NCBI GenBank assembly: GCA_028686055.1
Contig: JAQUCU010000001.1
Coordinates: 761 to 64,760, forward strand
Reading direction: 5' to 3'
DNA length: 64,000 nt
Source of the DNA: Desulfuromonadaceae bacterium
Lineage (GTDB): Bacteria; Desulfobacterota; Desulfuromonadia; Geobacterales; Pseudopelobacteraceae
The notes under the pieces were generated by a model. The model did no database searches. It saw only the letters and a list, made by a program, of their open reading frames with translations, and was not told the DNA's origin. Within the stretch, counting starts at the first letter, position 1; every line of letters starts with the position of its first letter. Below, piece after piece: positions 43,654 through 53,412 of the stretch. The translations under genes were made by a program, and so were the position numbers.

Positions 43654-44201
43654 GGCTTTGCCTGCCCTGGTGCCGGTTTAAGCAGCGCCATAATCAGTGC
43701 CAGATCGCATCGGGACGGATCGTCAAAACGGACCCGCAGATTACATTTTTTAATGACCAGTGGACGGCTCCCTTTTTCGAGTCGGTACAGTAGATTGACA
43801 ACTTCGTTGAAAGTTAAACCGTCAATGCGGATATCGGCAGCATCCTCGGTAAAACCGTTCCGCTCTTCTCCCTTGAGCGGAGTAATTTTAATAGACTTTC
43901 CCTTAATTCCGGTGTCTTCTATGATCTTGGCGGGCGAATCGTCCGGGCGCAACATATTCATGCGTCCGCTCAGCTGTTGCGCCGATTGTTTGGCTGACAA
44001 GTACGCCACCTTGAGCGGCAGCATCTCCTTCAACACAGTTTCGCGGGCGGAGCGCTTCTTTTCAAGCGCCTGTACCCTGCTGCTAAGCGCCGACCAGGCA
44101 ACAGTTGCAGCCAAAAGCGCAATGACGGCGTAACCGACCCAGAGGCGTGTCCGGCTGTCAAGATCCTGCCATGCGTCGCGAATGATCTCCAGAACTCTCA
44201 T
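43650..44201 (-). CDS. gspM: Type II secretion system protein GspM
   Basis: 183 aa. The N-terminus W..L..R.R.W, then a TM helix (VGYAVIALLAATVAWSAL) and a coiled segment, is typical GspM topology. Overlaps gspL by 4 nt. Confidence 0.65.
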   Translation of the reverse strand: MRVLEIIRDAWQDLDSRTRLWVGYAVIALLAATVAWSALSSRVQALEKKRSARETVLKEMLPLKVAYLSAKQSAQQLSGRMNMLRPDDSPAKIIEDTGIKGKSIKITPLKGEERNGFTEDAADIRIDGLTFNEVVNLLYRLEKGSRPLVIKKCNLRVRFDDPSRCDLALIMALLKPAPGQAKP

Positions 44202-45508
44202 TTTGTTCCCTCCTTCAGCGTTCCAGTGAGTCTGAAGGTGACTGTGCCATCGGGACGACTCTTGACTTCGCCCAATTCGGCATCAGCCAGCAGAGGAGAG
44301 AGTGCGGCTTTAAATGCATCGACCGCCTGAGCGGAGCCGGCGTCCCCCTTGACCCGCAGACTACGACCCTCCAGTTCCGCTTCGTAGAGTCCGTTGATGT
44401 TGTTCCCTTTGGCTTCTGCAAGTTTTTTAAGAATGTCGAGATACCCGCTTGAGGTTTCGACGCCGCCCATTTTCCTGATCTCCCCTTTGATTTCGGAAAT
44501 TTCGTCGACCGCCTTGACTCTGGTGGGGAAAACATCATGGTAGATCGCCGCAATGGATTTGTTCACAGAGGCAACATCAGCGGCAGCGGCGCGGTACTGG
44601 ATCCCTTTGCCTATAAACAGCAGCAGCATGACGACTGCCGCCAGTATTCCGGTCAGCTGCAGCTTCCTGCGCAGTTTGGCATCCCCGGCGGTCCAGGCCA
44701 GTTCTCCCTGCCTAAAATCGGGGAGCGTCCCTTCATAAATCGCACGCGCCACGGCATAGAGCCCTGCCAATTGATGAAAGGTTTCTTCGTTTTTAAACAG
44801 ATGCCCAAGCTCCGGCGGTATTTCCACTGTTTCCACAGGCAACGGCAGCGTACCGGCCTCAGCAAGTTTTCTGCCTCCCCCGACCAGACAGAGTCGCGGA
44901 GGAAGAACGCCGGTTGAGAGCTCCAGTGCCGACAGCGTTGCTGCTATCATCGGAGCGGTCGGGGTGGCATTAAAGGCACGGAAATAGGTCAGCCGACCGT
45001 CTTTCAAAAGTGCCAGCGTATTTCCGTCACATACGGCACAGTCAGATGGAACCCCGGGCAATTTAGCCAGTGCAAACGGTAATGAAGAGACAACCTGAGG
45101 CTCAATGCCGGCCTCCCGAAACTGTGCGATTGCCGTGCTGATATCGGTCTTGCGCGCCCACAGCGCCAGAAATTGATCTTCTCCGGCCGGCATAACCCCC
45201 AGCGCCAGCTCTTCAACCGGCAGCGCAATGTCCCCCTGTAAATGAGCCGGAAGCACCTCACGCACCTTGCGCAGATCGTTAAAAGGGAACGTAATTGAAC
45301 GTTGCGCAAACAGCTCCGGCGGGAGACAGAGAACGACGCTAGGAGAGCCGGCCATCTTTTCGGCTACCGAATGAACGGCATCGGCCAACGGCCGCTCTTC
45401 GTTCAGCTCGATTGTTGCTGCCCCGACCAGTTCCGTGGAGCGCCTGGACACACCGAAATGGGCAACAGTCAGCAATTTTTCTTCAGCCTGCAGAATCAGA
45501 TATTCCAT
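44198..45508 (-). CDS. gspL: Type II secretion system protein GspL (PilM/actin-like cytoplasmic domain, TM, periplasmic domain)
   Basis: About 260 aa of cytoplasmic domain, then one TM helix (LTGILAAVVMLLLFIG), then a periplasmic C-terminus. The gene lies between gspK and gspM. The start at MEYLILQ (45508) has a GAGGGTG SD-like run upstream. Confidence 0.65.
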   Translation of the reverse strand: MEYLILQAEEKLLTVAHFGVSRRSTELVGAATIELNEERPLADAVHSVAEKMAGSPSVVLCLPPELFAQRSITFPFNDLRKVREVLPAHLQGDIALPVEELALGVMPAGEDQFLALWARKTDISTAIAQFREAGIEPQVVSSLPFALAKLPGVPSDCAVCDGNTLALLKDGRLTYFRAFNATPTAPMIAATLSALELSTGVLPPRLCLVGGGRKLAEAGTLPLPVETVEIPPELGHLFKNEETFHQLAGLYAVARAIYEGTLPDFRQGELAWTAGDAKLRRKLQLTGILAAVVMLLLFIGKGIQYRAAAADVASVNKSIAAIYHDVFPTRVKAVDEISEIKGEIRKMGGVETSSGYLDILKKLAEAKGNNINGLYEAELEGRSLRVKGDAGSAQAVDAFKAALSPLLADAELGEVKSRPDGTVTFRLTGTLKEGTK

Positions 45509-45549
45509 GGTACGCTGCACCCTCACCTGCGTAATTTAATTATTTGGTA

Positions 45550-46470
45550 TTAATATTCCTGCCATGACAGTACTCTCCCTGTCGAACTCACAACCGCCTC
45601 AACCGTTCGCGCAGCATCCTTGACCCTTGCGACGGAAATTATTCTGAAGAGACCACCCTTGACAGTTATTCTACCTCCCAGGCCTGTGGCAATCGTATCC
45701 AGCCCCGATACTCGCGATAGTTCACCGATCGTTTTGAACGGCTGCAATCTTCGCTCTTCCACGATTCGCTCTGCCATCCGATCGTCGATACGTTCATCAA
45801 GTGCAGCCAGGACCTCTTTGGTGGCAGTATTAATATTAACTGTCGGCACTGCCTGATCCGAATATATCGTCAGAAACGGCCTCAGTTTATCAAGAATATC
45901 GGGGGTAAACCCCTTGACCAGCGACAGTTCCGTCAGCGTCATCAACCCACCGTTGCGGGCGCTATAAGGAGGTTTCAACGCGCGGTAATAAGGCGTTTCA
46001 GCACCGCCTGAACGCGGCAGATCGTCACGGTCAATCCAGTCCGCTGCTGCACTCCAAATTTCTTCCGGCAGTTGCAGTCGCGTGCCGAGCCGTTGTAGTG
46101 CCGCCAATGTGAATGGCTCATAATCACCGATCGGAGTAACCAAGCCGTTAACATTGATTTTCCCACTTTCCTCGATAATCGTAACCTCGAGTGAACCTAC
46201 CTCGTCATCCAGCTTTATCGGCATTGCCCATGGGTCGGAAAGTGAGGTATAAGTACGTCCTGAAAGCCCTATCTGGAGGAGCTTTGCCCCACCGGTTGCA
46301 CCTGATTCAGCCAGTATCGAAGCCTGCTGACCGTCACGAAAGCCACGGCTGAGCGATGTATCAACATAAACCTGGTGGATCATCTCGACCACCACGGCCA
46401 CCATCAGTGTCGTTATGACCAGCGTCAGAATCAGGGCAAAACCGGATTCGTTTTTCAGCCGCCCTGTCAT
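45550..46470 (-). CDS. gspK: Type II secretion system minor pseudopilin GspK
   Basis: The N-terminus NESGFALILTLVITTLMVAVVVEM is GspK-type, with no Glu at +5. Internal helix-hairpin-helix-like segments are present (ELSLVKGFTPDIL, ELSRVSGLD). 306 aa. Confidence 0.8.
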   Translation of the reverse strand: MTGRLKNESGFALILTLVITTLMVAVVVEMIHQVYVDTSLSRGFRDGQQASILAESGATGGAKLLQIGLSGRTYTSLSDPWAMPIKLDDEVGSLEVTIIEESGKINVNGLVTPIGDYEPFTLAALQRLGTRLQLPEEIWSAAADWIDRDDLPRSGGAETPYYRALKPPYSARNGGLMTLTELSLVKGFTPDILDKLRPFLTIYSDQAVPTVNINTATKEVLAALDERIDDRMAERIVEERRLQPFKTIGELSRVSGLDTIATGLGGRITVKGGLFRIISVARVKDAARTVEAVVSSTGRVLSWQEY

Positions 46471-47081
46471 GAGCCGCTCACTCGCGGAGTAGAGAGCATC
46501 GTAAACTCTGATGTCTTCCCCTCCTCTTCAACCTGTATGGTCACCCGAACACTTGCAGGAAGTTTATTGTTTATAGCGGTGTCCCAACTCTTGACCCACT
46601 TCGAACCGTCATAACACTCCACCAGGAATGAGCTTATCTGCTCCATCTGAGGATAGGCGCGGGATGCACTGTCTTCTGAAAAAAGGTCACGCTCCTGACG
46701 GGTTAATGTGAGCTTTTTGTCCTTTTCGGCAATACGGTACGTAACGACAACAATGCCCGATTCGCTGAAATTCTGCACTGCTGGAGGCGCCAGAGTAGTC
46801 AGTTCCAGGGTCGATGACTGAGTCCCGAAATTGTCCCGATCTTCCACCACAAACTTCAGTGGATGTAGCTTATCAGTGGGGTTAAACTGGGCTGATGACA
46901 CTTCGCGACGGATCAGGTCAAGTGTTGCACCAAGTTCCCGCCGTGATTCCATCCCTGAGGAAGCGCGATCCCTGGCGCGCATGACACTGAAATAGCTTCC
47001 GTAGAGCGCTGTAGAGAGGATGCCGAGAAGAATCACCGCAATCAGCACTTCCAGCAGCGTGAAACCGCTATTTCGCCACAT
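46467..47081 (-). CDS. gspJ: Type II secretion system minor pseudopilin GspJ
   Basis: Prepilin leader MWRNSG|FTLLEVLIAVILLGILS. The start at 47081 overlaps gspI by 14 nt. Confidence 0.75.
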   Translation of the reverse strand: MWRNSGFTLLEVLIAVILLGILSTALYGSYFSVMRARDRASSGMESRRELGATLDLIRREVSSAQFNPTDKLHPLKFVVEDRDNFGTQSSTLELTTLAPPAVQNFSESGIVVVTYRIAEKDKKLTLTRQERDLFSEDSASRAYPQMEQISSFLVECYDGSKWVKSWDTAINNKLPASVRVTIQVEEEGKTSEFTMLSTPRVSGS

Positions 47082-47400
47082 ACCTCTCAAGCGCCACCTC
47101 CCTGCCGTCACTGCCGCGTTTCACCCTGACAACGAACTTCTGCAGGCCGGGCTGATCAGCAGGTAGAAGCTCATCCTTCCAGCTGATTTCCGGATGGGAG
47201 GGGGCAAAGGTTCCTTCGCCCTTGGTCGGCGTATCTCCCAACTCGTCCATATGGTTTCTCGCCAGCAGCGTCAAAGCGGTACTATCACGTTCATTGGCAA
47301 TGATGCCGAGATGGTAATTAACCGATCCGAGCAGGGTCAGGACCACAGCCGCCATAATTGCCAGGGCCACCATCACCTCAAGAAGCGTAAAACCTTTCAT
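47068..47400 (-). CDS. gspI: Type II secretion system minor pseudopilin GspI
   Basis: MKG|FTLLEVMVALAIMAAVVL; 110 aa, the typical GspI size. Confidence 0.8.
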   Translation of the reverse strand: MKGFTLLEVMVALAIMAAVVLTLLGSVNYHLGIIANERDSTALTLLARNHMDELGDTPTKGEGTFAPSHPEISWKDELLPADQPGLQKFVVRVKRGSDGREVALERYVAK

Positions 47401-47951
47401 GGCGGATCCTCGATGTATCCCTCGTACGCCTTCACCTTGCCGCCAGAGGGAAATGACATCACCGTCCAGAATTTCCCCCCGGCCGAGCGGAGATGAATTG
47501 TTACAAAATCGCGTATCCCCCCCATTCCGACATCCACACGCAGCTGGCCATCTGTGACTTTACCGATCCGCGGTATCACCACATCGGTAATTATTATTCC
47601 CTCTTTTATCGGTGATTTCTGCAGCAGCGGGTCGGAAGGCTCGTTACCGCTCCCATCTGCGGCGATCTCGGATATCTTTAGAGATTCGGTCCCCGGCGCC
47701 AGAGTCATATAGTAGCCGGTTCGCGAAGTTGCTGCCCTTTCCTGCAGGTAGCGGATGGTTGAAACCAGTGTCCTGGCTGATATTTTCAGATTTTCCTCGT
47801 CCGATGACGGGAGCCGTGGAATGACCAGCATCATCACCATACTGATAATAACCATTACAATAACAATCTCGATCAGCGTAAAACCATGCCGGTTACCATG
47901 TCCCCGATACGGCAGTGTCGAATCCGAACCATTGGCAGGGTGGTGTCTCAT
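47397..47951 (-). CDS. gspH: Type II secretion system minor pseudopilin GspH
   Basis: The G|FTLIEIVIVMVIISMVMML prepilin motif is preceded by an unusually long His/Arg-rich leader, MRHHPANGSDSTLPYRGHGNRHG. The start could be 47951 or 47969. Confidence 0.7.
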   Translation of the reverse strand: MRHHPANGSDSTLPYRGHGNRHGFTLIEIVIVMVIISMVMMLVIPRLPSSDEENLKISARTLVSTIRYLQERAATSRTGYYMTLAPGTESLKISEIAADGSGNEPSDPLLQKSPIKEGIIITDVVIPRIGKVTDGQLRVDVGMGGIRDFVTIHLRSAGGKFWTVMSFPSGGKVKAYEGYIEDPP

Positions 47952-47955
47952 CAAT

Positions 47956-49104
47956 CTAGACCATTGCAAGTATGCGTGTTAGATCTGCACCGAAAAGCCG
48001 CTTTTGCCATTCCCTCATACCTGGTATGGCGTCAAGTTCTTCCCTTGTTGCGCTTTCGGTATCGGCGACAGCTTCCAGCAGCCAGTTAGGCGCCAGCAAA
48101 CCGGGATCAAGCCCAAGTTCGATACTGTAGCGCTCCCGCCACGATTTAAGATTCTTCAACCGCTCCTTGACCCGCTCCAGCACTTCTTTTTTACCGTTAC
48201 GCGGGAAACGGGGCAGCATGCTTTCAGGAGTCGCCAGTCCCCGTTCAACCGCAGAGAGAATGGCGCTGCCATGTCGTTGAAGTTGTCCTGAGGTCATTCC
48301 TTTGACAAGTGACAGCTCGTTCAGTGATCCGGGTCTGGTCTCTGCAACTTCAATAAGAGTATCCGCTGACAGCACCTTGAATGGGGGACGGTCAAGGAGC
48401 TCCGACTGACGATCACGCATCTGCAGTAGTTCTTCCAGAATGGCAAGAGTGTGCCCTCTCAACTTGCTGGCCCCTCTGCAATAGAGAAACAGCGGGCCGT
48501 CTTTTTCAGATACCCGGGCCTGACATACGAGCCTCCCTTCCTCTTCGAGCCACTCCAATCTGTTTTTATGCTCAAGCTCTGCCCGGAACTGATCATAGAG
48601 CGGCAGCAGATCAGAGGTGTCGGCGGCAGCATATGCGCACATCTCGCGGCTCAAAGGGCGTTTGCTCCAATCGGCCTTCTGGTATTTTTTGTCCAGCTCG
48701 ATCCCGAAACGCGCCCTTAAAAGCGCTGCCAGACCAAACTCCGCAAGCCCCAGAAAACGGGCGGCTATCATAGTATCGAACAGGTTCGTCACTTCGATGC
48801 CGAAATCCCGGTGCAGCGAACGGATATCGTAATCAGAGCCGTGCATGACGATTACAATTTCCGGGTTTGCCAGCGGAGCGGCAAGCGGTGACAGGGAGGA
48901 CAGCGCCAGCGGGTCTATCAACCAGCTCTGCTGGCGTGTAGAGACCTGGGCAAGGCATACTTTTTCACGGTAATGGTGCAGAGAATCCATCTCAAGGTCG
49001 ACCGCAATTTCAGTCTGCTGTCCGAGGATAGCGGCAACTTCAGCCAGCCTTGCCGCGGTTGTAATGATTTCGCAGGTTCCATCCTGCCTATGGTAAGAAC
49101 TCAA
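47956..49104 (-). CDS. rnd: Ribonuclease D-like 3'-5' exonuclease with HRDC domain
   Basis: DEDD exonuclease motifs VDLEMDS, HGSDYDIRSL and YAAADT, plus a C-terminal HRDC-like region. Confidence 0.8.
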   Translation of the reverse strand: MSSYHRQDGTCEIITTAARLAEVAAILGQQTEIAVDLEMDSLHHYREKVCLAQVSTRQQSWLIDPLALSSLSPLAAPLANPEIVIVMHGSDYDIRSLHRDFGIEVTNLFDTMIAARFLGLAEFGLAALLRARFGIELDKKYQKADWSKRPLSREMCAYAAADTSDLLPLYDQFRAELEHKNRLEWLEEEGRLVCQARVSEKDGPLFLYCRGASKLRGHTLAILEELLQMRDRQSELLDRPPFKVLSADTLIEVAETRPGSLNELSLVKGMTSGQLQRHGSAILSAVERGLATPESMLPRFPRNGKKEVLERVKERLKNLKSWRERYSIELGLDPGLLAPNWLLEAVADTESATREELDAIPGMREWQKRLFGADLTRILAMV

Positions 49105-50180
49105 ACCGGAAACTCCCTGATAATTGAATAGGTTGTGGTACGCTGTGCCGCCCGGAAGCCGGCACCATGTATCAGAGTGATCATCTCTTGCTGCGACATG
49201 CAGAAACTGCAGCCGGCAGCGGCCACTACATTTTCTTCAAGCATAGTACCGCCAAGATCGTTGGCCCCGAAACAGAGCGCCACCGAAGCCATCTTGGCTC
49301 CCTGTGTGACCCAGCTGGCCTGAATGTTTAGGATATTATCGAGCACGATCCGCGACAATGCCAGCACCTTCAGATAATCGACGCCGGTGGCAGTTGTTCC
49401 TCCGAGCTCTGTGTTGCCCGGCTGGTAGGTCCAGGGAATAAACGCCGTGAACGATCCGCCCATATCCTGAATTTCGCGCACCCGGAAAAGATGCTCGACA
49501 ATATCTTCGGGCTTTTCGCTGCTGCCGAACATCATCGTCGCCGTTGTCGGCATGCCGAGGCGGGCGGCCTTTAACATGACCTCTCCCCACTGTTTCCAGC
49601 CGATCTTTTTTGGAGAGATGCTGCTGCGTACCTCGTCAACCAGTATCTCGGCCCCGCCTCCCGGAATTGAATCCAGCCCGGCGTTCTTGAGACGCAGGAG
49701 CGTTTCATCAAGCGTAAGGCCCGAATTGGCGGCGATGCAGGTCACCTCGGCCGGTGACAGAGAGTGGTTCTGTACCGTCGGGAAGCGTTTCTTTATTTCC
49801 CTGAAGAGCTCTTCAAAGAAATCTATTTTCAAATCCGGATTAAGCCCTCCCTGCATCAGCAGTTGTGTACCGTCCTGGGCCACGAGTTCGGCTATCTTTT
49901 CATAGATTTTTTCAGAATCCAGAATATAAGCATCTGCAGCGTCTTTCGTCCGGTAAAAGGCGCAAAATGAGCATTTTGATTCACAGATATTGGTATAGTT
50001 CACGTTGCGGTCAACAACAAAGGTAACCATGTTGTCTGGATGAAGCTGTCGCCGGATTTCGCCGGCACTCTTTCCAAGCGCCAGCAGATCACCGTTGATC
50101 AACAGCTCAAGAGCAGCTGCGCGCTCGATTCTGTCCGCACCGGTTGTTTTCATCGCATAATCCGGGATATTTTCATACAA
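49101..50180 (-). CDS. Radical SAM enzyme of the MqnC/MqnE/CofH family (futalosine-type menaquinone biosynthesis), closest to MqnC by eye
   Basis: NVNYTNICESKCSFCAF (CX3CX2C), GGLNPD and FTAFIPWTYQPGNT. I cannot separate MqnC from MqnE with confidence without a profile search. Confidence 0.7.
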   Translation of the reverse strand: MYENIPDYAMKTTGADRIERAAALELLINGDLLALGKSAGEIRRQLHPDNMVTFVVDRNVNYTNICESKCSFCAFYRTKDAADAYILDSEKIYEKIAELVAQDGTQLLMQGGLNPDLKIDFFEELFREIKKRFPTVQNHSLSPAEVTCIAANSGLTLDETLLRLKNAGLDSIPGGGAEILVDEVRSSISPKKIGWKQWGEVMLKAARLGMPTTATMMFGSSEKPEDIVEHLFRVREIQDMGGSFTAFIPWTYQPGNTELGGTTATGVDYLKVLALSRIVLDNILNIQASWVTQGAKMASVALCFGANDLGGTMLEENVVAAAGCSFCMSQQEMITLIHGAGFRAAQRTTTYSIIREFPV

Positions 50181-50574
50181 CTTTCTCCAGTTCGGTTTCC
50201 AGCATTTCGCGAATCGCCAGCGGTATCCGCCGGGCTCTGAGCGCGGGGCTTATACAGGCCAGCGTTACCAATCCCTCTACCAGCAGTTTACCGTCATTCT
50301 GTCTTGCAATTTTTTGGCTGAGCGTGACTGATGAGCCGCCGATTCGAAGAGGACAGGTAACAACCGAAAGCAGATCATCGTGAAGAGCCGGAGCTTTGAA
50401 ATCTATTTCCAGCTTTACCACCGGGAACACGAAGCCGTCAGCCGCAAGTTCAGCCACAAGAAAGCCGTGGTCGCGAAAATACTCCGTACGTGCCCGCTCC
50501 ATATATTTGATATAATTGGCGTGGTACACTACACCGCCGGCATCGGTATCCTCATAATAAATCCGCACGTCCAT
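50173..50574 (-). CDS. YbgC/4HBT-family acyl-CoA thioesterase
   Basis: The hotdog-fold N-terminus is VRIYYEDTDAGGVVYHANYIKYMERAR; 133 aa. Confidence 0.85.
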   Translation of the reverse strand: MDVRIYYEDTDAGGVVYHANYIKYMERARTEYFRDHGFLVAELAADGFVFPVVKLEIDFKAPALHDDLLSVVTCPLRIGGSSVTLSQKIARQNDGKLLVEGLVTLACISPALRARRIPLAIREMLETELEKVV

Positions 50575-50819
50575 TTATTGTCAGAACCCCGTTTTCCCTC
50601 TTGAATTCATATTGTCGTATAAAGGTGATTACTCTAGTGCAGATTCTAATCATCTGCAACTTATTCTCGGCATTTTCTTGCCAAAAAACAATAATCGGCA
50701 GAAAACGCTCATATTTCATGCTGGATGGCAAAACGCACTAAACCCAGGAGACAGTATTTATAATATCATGACAAGCCTTCAGAGGCGCATTCTGAAACAG
50801 CACCCTCCGAACCCTTATT

Positions 50820-51482
50820 TCATGCGGCTTTACTCTGTTTTATGAATGTCAACACCCGTTCACCCATGTTTTGCGGCAGCGAATAGCGCCGTATCGATGT
50901 AACCGTAAAGCCGCCGGCCTGCACAACTTCACCAGCCGCAGCAATTTCCACTGCAGCCTGGTCTCCCTTCATAGCTATCAGCACGCCGTTCTCTGCAAGC
51001 AGCGGGGCGGCCAAAGATATAAAGCGATCGAGCCGGGTAAACGCGCGTGATGTGATGACGCTGAAGAAGTGGCTGTGGGTTTTATGAAGGTCCTCGACAC
51101 GGGAGTGTATTGCTTCAATATTTAGCAGCCCCAAAGTCCTGATGATGTGCCGCTGAAAATGTATTTTTTTTGAAACGGCATCCACAGAGACCATCACCGT
51201 TTCAGGATTTATTATTTTAAGAGGTATTATCGGAAGCCCGGCTCCCGATCCGATGTCAAGCAGGCGATCACCTGGAGTTATGTAGGGTGCAAGGGTGAGG
51301 GAATCAACAAAATGCTTTATTGCGATTTCATTATTCTTGGTTATCGCGGTCAGATTGACCTTGTTGTTCCATTTTACAAGTTCTGCAGCATAGGTCTCGA
51401 GGGAATTTATTTCATGGCCGGAAAGCGATAACCCCATGGATTGTGCTTCCCGGGCCACTATATCGCCGATTATTGAGCTCAT
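50820..51482 (-). CDS. rsmG: 16S rRNA (guanine527-N7)-methyltransferase
   Basis: The SAM-binding motif is LLDIGSGAGLPIIPLKI. It lies directly downstream of mnmG, with a 1-nt TAATG overlap. Confidence 0.9.
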   Translation of the reverse strand: MSSIIGDIVAREAQSMGLSLSGHEINSLETYAAELVKWNNKVNLTAITKNNEIAIKHFVDSLTLAPYITPGDRLLDIGSGAGLPIIPLKIINPETVMVSVDAVSKKIHFQRHIIRTLGLLNIEAIHSRVEDLHKTHSHFFSVITSRAFTRLDRFISLAAPLLAENGVLIAMKGDQAAVEIAAAGEVVQAGGFTVTSIRRYSLPQNMGERVLTFIKQSKAA

Positions 51483-53368
51483 TATTCTTCATCACCCTTC
51501 CACGATGAGGACTTCAACGCTATTGACAGGATGGAAATTGCTGCCGGTGTAACACCCGGGATCCGTGACGCCTGCCCAAGTGTGTCCGGTCTGTTTTTTG
51601 AAAGCTTTTCCCGGACTTCCGTTGTCAGGCTTTTAACTGATGCATAATCAATGCTTGCGGGAATAGGTGTTGTTTCCAGTTTTTTGGATTGTTCTACCTG
51701 CTCCAGCTGGCGATCAATATATCCTTTGTATTTCGTCTGTATCTCAACCTGTTCGCGTATCGCAGCGGGTGTTTCACGTGAAACAGTGTCAAGTTCAGCC
51801 AGATCCGAATAGCAGACGTCCGATCGGTTCAACAGATGCTCCAGTGTAACACCCTTCTGAATGCCTTCAAGACCGTGGCGGGCCAGCACTTCCAGTTGAC
51901 TCTCGGAATTTGTCAAACGGGTGACAGCAATTCGATTCAGTTCCGCCGTGACCATACGCAGCTTATCGGTAAACAGGAAATATTCCTGTTCCGTCACAAG
52001 GCCCAATTCGTACCCGATCTCACGCAACCGCAGATCGGCATTGTCTTCGCGCAACAGGAGTCGATATTCCGCGCGTGATGTAAACATTCGATACGGCTCT
52101 TTCGTACCGAGCGTCACCAGATCATCGATCATGACGCCGATGTACGCCTGGCTTCTCCCGAGAACCACCGGATCCCGCCCCTTGACGCGGAGGGCTGCAT
52201 TGATACCGGCCATAAGTCCCTGTCCCGCGGCCTCCTCATAACCTGAAGTACCATTAATCTGGCCGGCATGATACAGATTCCTGATCACCTTGGTTTCAAG
52301 AGAGCTGTGCAGCTGAATCGGATCCACGTAGTCATATTCAATGGCGTATGCCGGGCGCATAATTTCGACCTGCTCCAGCCCCACTATGGAGCGATAAAAA
52401 GCAATCTGGATATCAATCGGGAGCGATGTCGACATACCGCTCGGATAGACTTCAATTGTGTCGAGCCCTTCCGGCTCAATGAACGTCTGGTGTCGATCCT
52501 TGTCAGGAAACCGCACGACCTTGTCTTCAATTGATGGGCAGTAGCGCGGCCCGACCCCCTCAATAATCCCGGAATAGAGCGGAGAGCGGTCCAGGCCGGA
52601 TCGTATGATATCATGTGACCGCTGATTGGTGTACGCGATGTGACAGGGGATCTGCGGCATCGTTATCCGGTCGGTTGAAAGGGAGAACGGCTGCGGCGGA
52701 TCATCGCCAAATTGAGTTTCGAGTTTGGTAAAATCAATCGAGCGGGCATCAAGCCGAGCCGGTGTGCCGGTCTTAAGTCTGCCCACCTGGAAACCAAGGG
52801 TACGCAGTTGATCTGAAAGGCCGACCGATGGCTGATCACCGGCACGACCACCGGGATAATGATTCAGACCGATGTGAATAAGGCCCCGCATGAACGTGCC
52901 GGTAGTCACAACAACAGTTTTTGAGAGATATCTGATGCCGGACCGCAGCTCCACGCCACGCAGGTCACCACCCTCTATAAACAGTGCCGTGACCTCACCT
53001 TGCTTGAGATCGAGATTCTTTTGCTGTTCAAGAACCCGTTTCATTCGAAGCCGATAAAGCTGCTTATCGGCCTGGGCACGCGAAGCCCTCACAGCAGGCC
53101 CTTTTTTGGTATTGAGAATGCGGAACTGAATGCCGGTGGCGTCTATATTCTTTGCCATCTCGCCACCCAGGGCGTCAATTTCTTTTACGAGATGACCCTT
53201 TGCCAAACCACCTATTGATGGATTGCAGGACATAAGAGCAATCGCATCAAGATTGATTGTCAGCAGCATTGTGCGGCACCCCATCCGGGCTGAAGCCAGA
53301 GCAGCTTCACAGCCTGCATGCCCGGCACCGACAACAATTACGTCATATACCCTGTCATAGGTCATCAT
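51482..53368 (-). CDS. mnmG: tRNA uridine 5-carboxymethylaminomethyl modification enzyme MnmG (GidA)
   Basis: The FAD motif is YDVIVVGAGHAGCEAA. With the start at MMTYD (53368) it is 628 aa; the longer ORF-track start would overlap mnmE. Confidence 0.95.
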   Translation of the reverse strand: MMTYDRVYDVIVVGAGHAGCEAALASARMGCRTMLLTINLDAIALMSCNPSIGGLAKGHLVKEIDALGGEMAKNIDATGIQFRILNTKKGPAVRASRAQADKQLYRLRMKRVLEQQKNLDLKQGEVTALFIEGGDLRGVELRSGIRYLSKTVVVTTGTFMRGLIHIGLNHYPGGRAGDQPSVGLSDQLRTLGFQVGRLKTGTPARLDARSIDFTKLETQFGDDPPQPFSLSTDRITMPQIPCHIAYTNQRSHDIIRSGLDRSPLYSGIIEGVGPRYCPSIEDKVVRFPDKDRHQTFIEPEGLDTIEVYPSGMSTSLPIDIQIAFYRSIVGLEQVEIMRPAYAIEYDYVDPIQLHSSLETKVIRNLYHAGQINGTSGYEEAAGQGLMAGINAALRVKGRDPVVLGRSQAYIGVMIDDLVTLGTKEPYRMFTSRAEYRLLLREDNADLRLREIGYELGLVTEQEYFLFTDKLRMVTAELNRIAVTRLTNSESQLEVLARHGLEGIQKGVTLEHLLNRSDVCYSDLAELDTVSRETPAAIREQVEIQTKYKGYIDRQLEQVEQSKKLETTPIPASIDYASVKSLTTEVREKLSKNRPDTLGQASRIPGVTPAAISILSIALKSSSWKGDEE

Positions 53369-53412
53369 GAGTGTCGTACTCCGCCTGAGGACTGTTTCAC
53401 GTGGAACATGTT

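Noticed and set aside
50637-50660. A small palindrome TGCAGAT-N7-ATCTGCA in the rsmG/thioesterase spacer
   Set aside because: It is only a 7-bp arm in an AT-rich spacer, with no partner site or obvious association with a regulated gene. That is too weak to call an operator.
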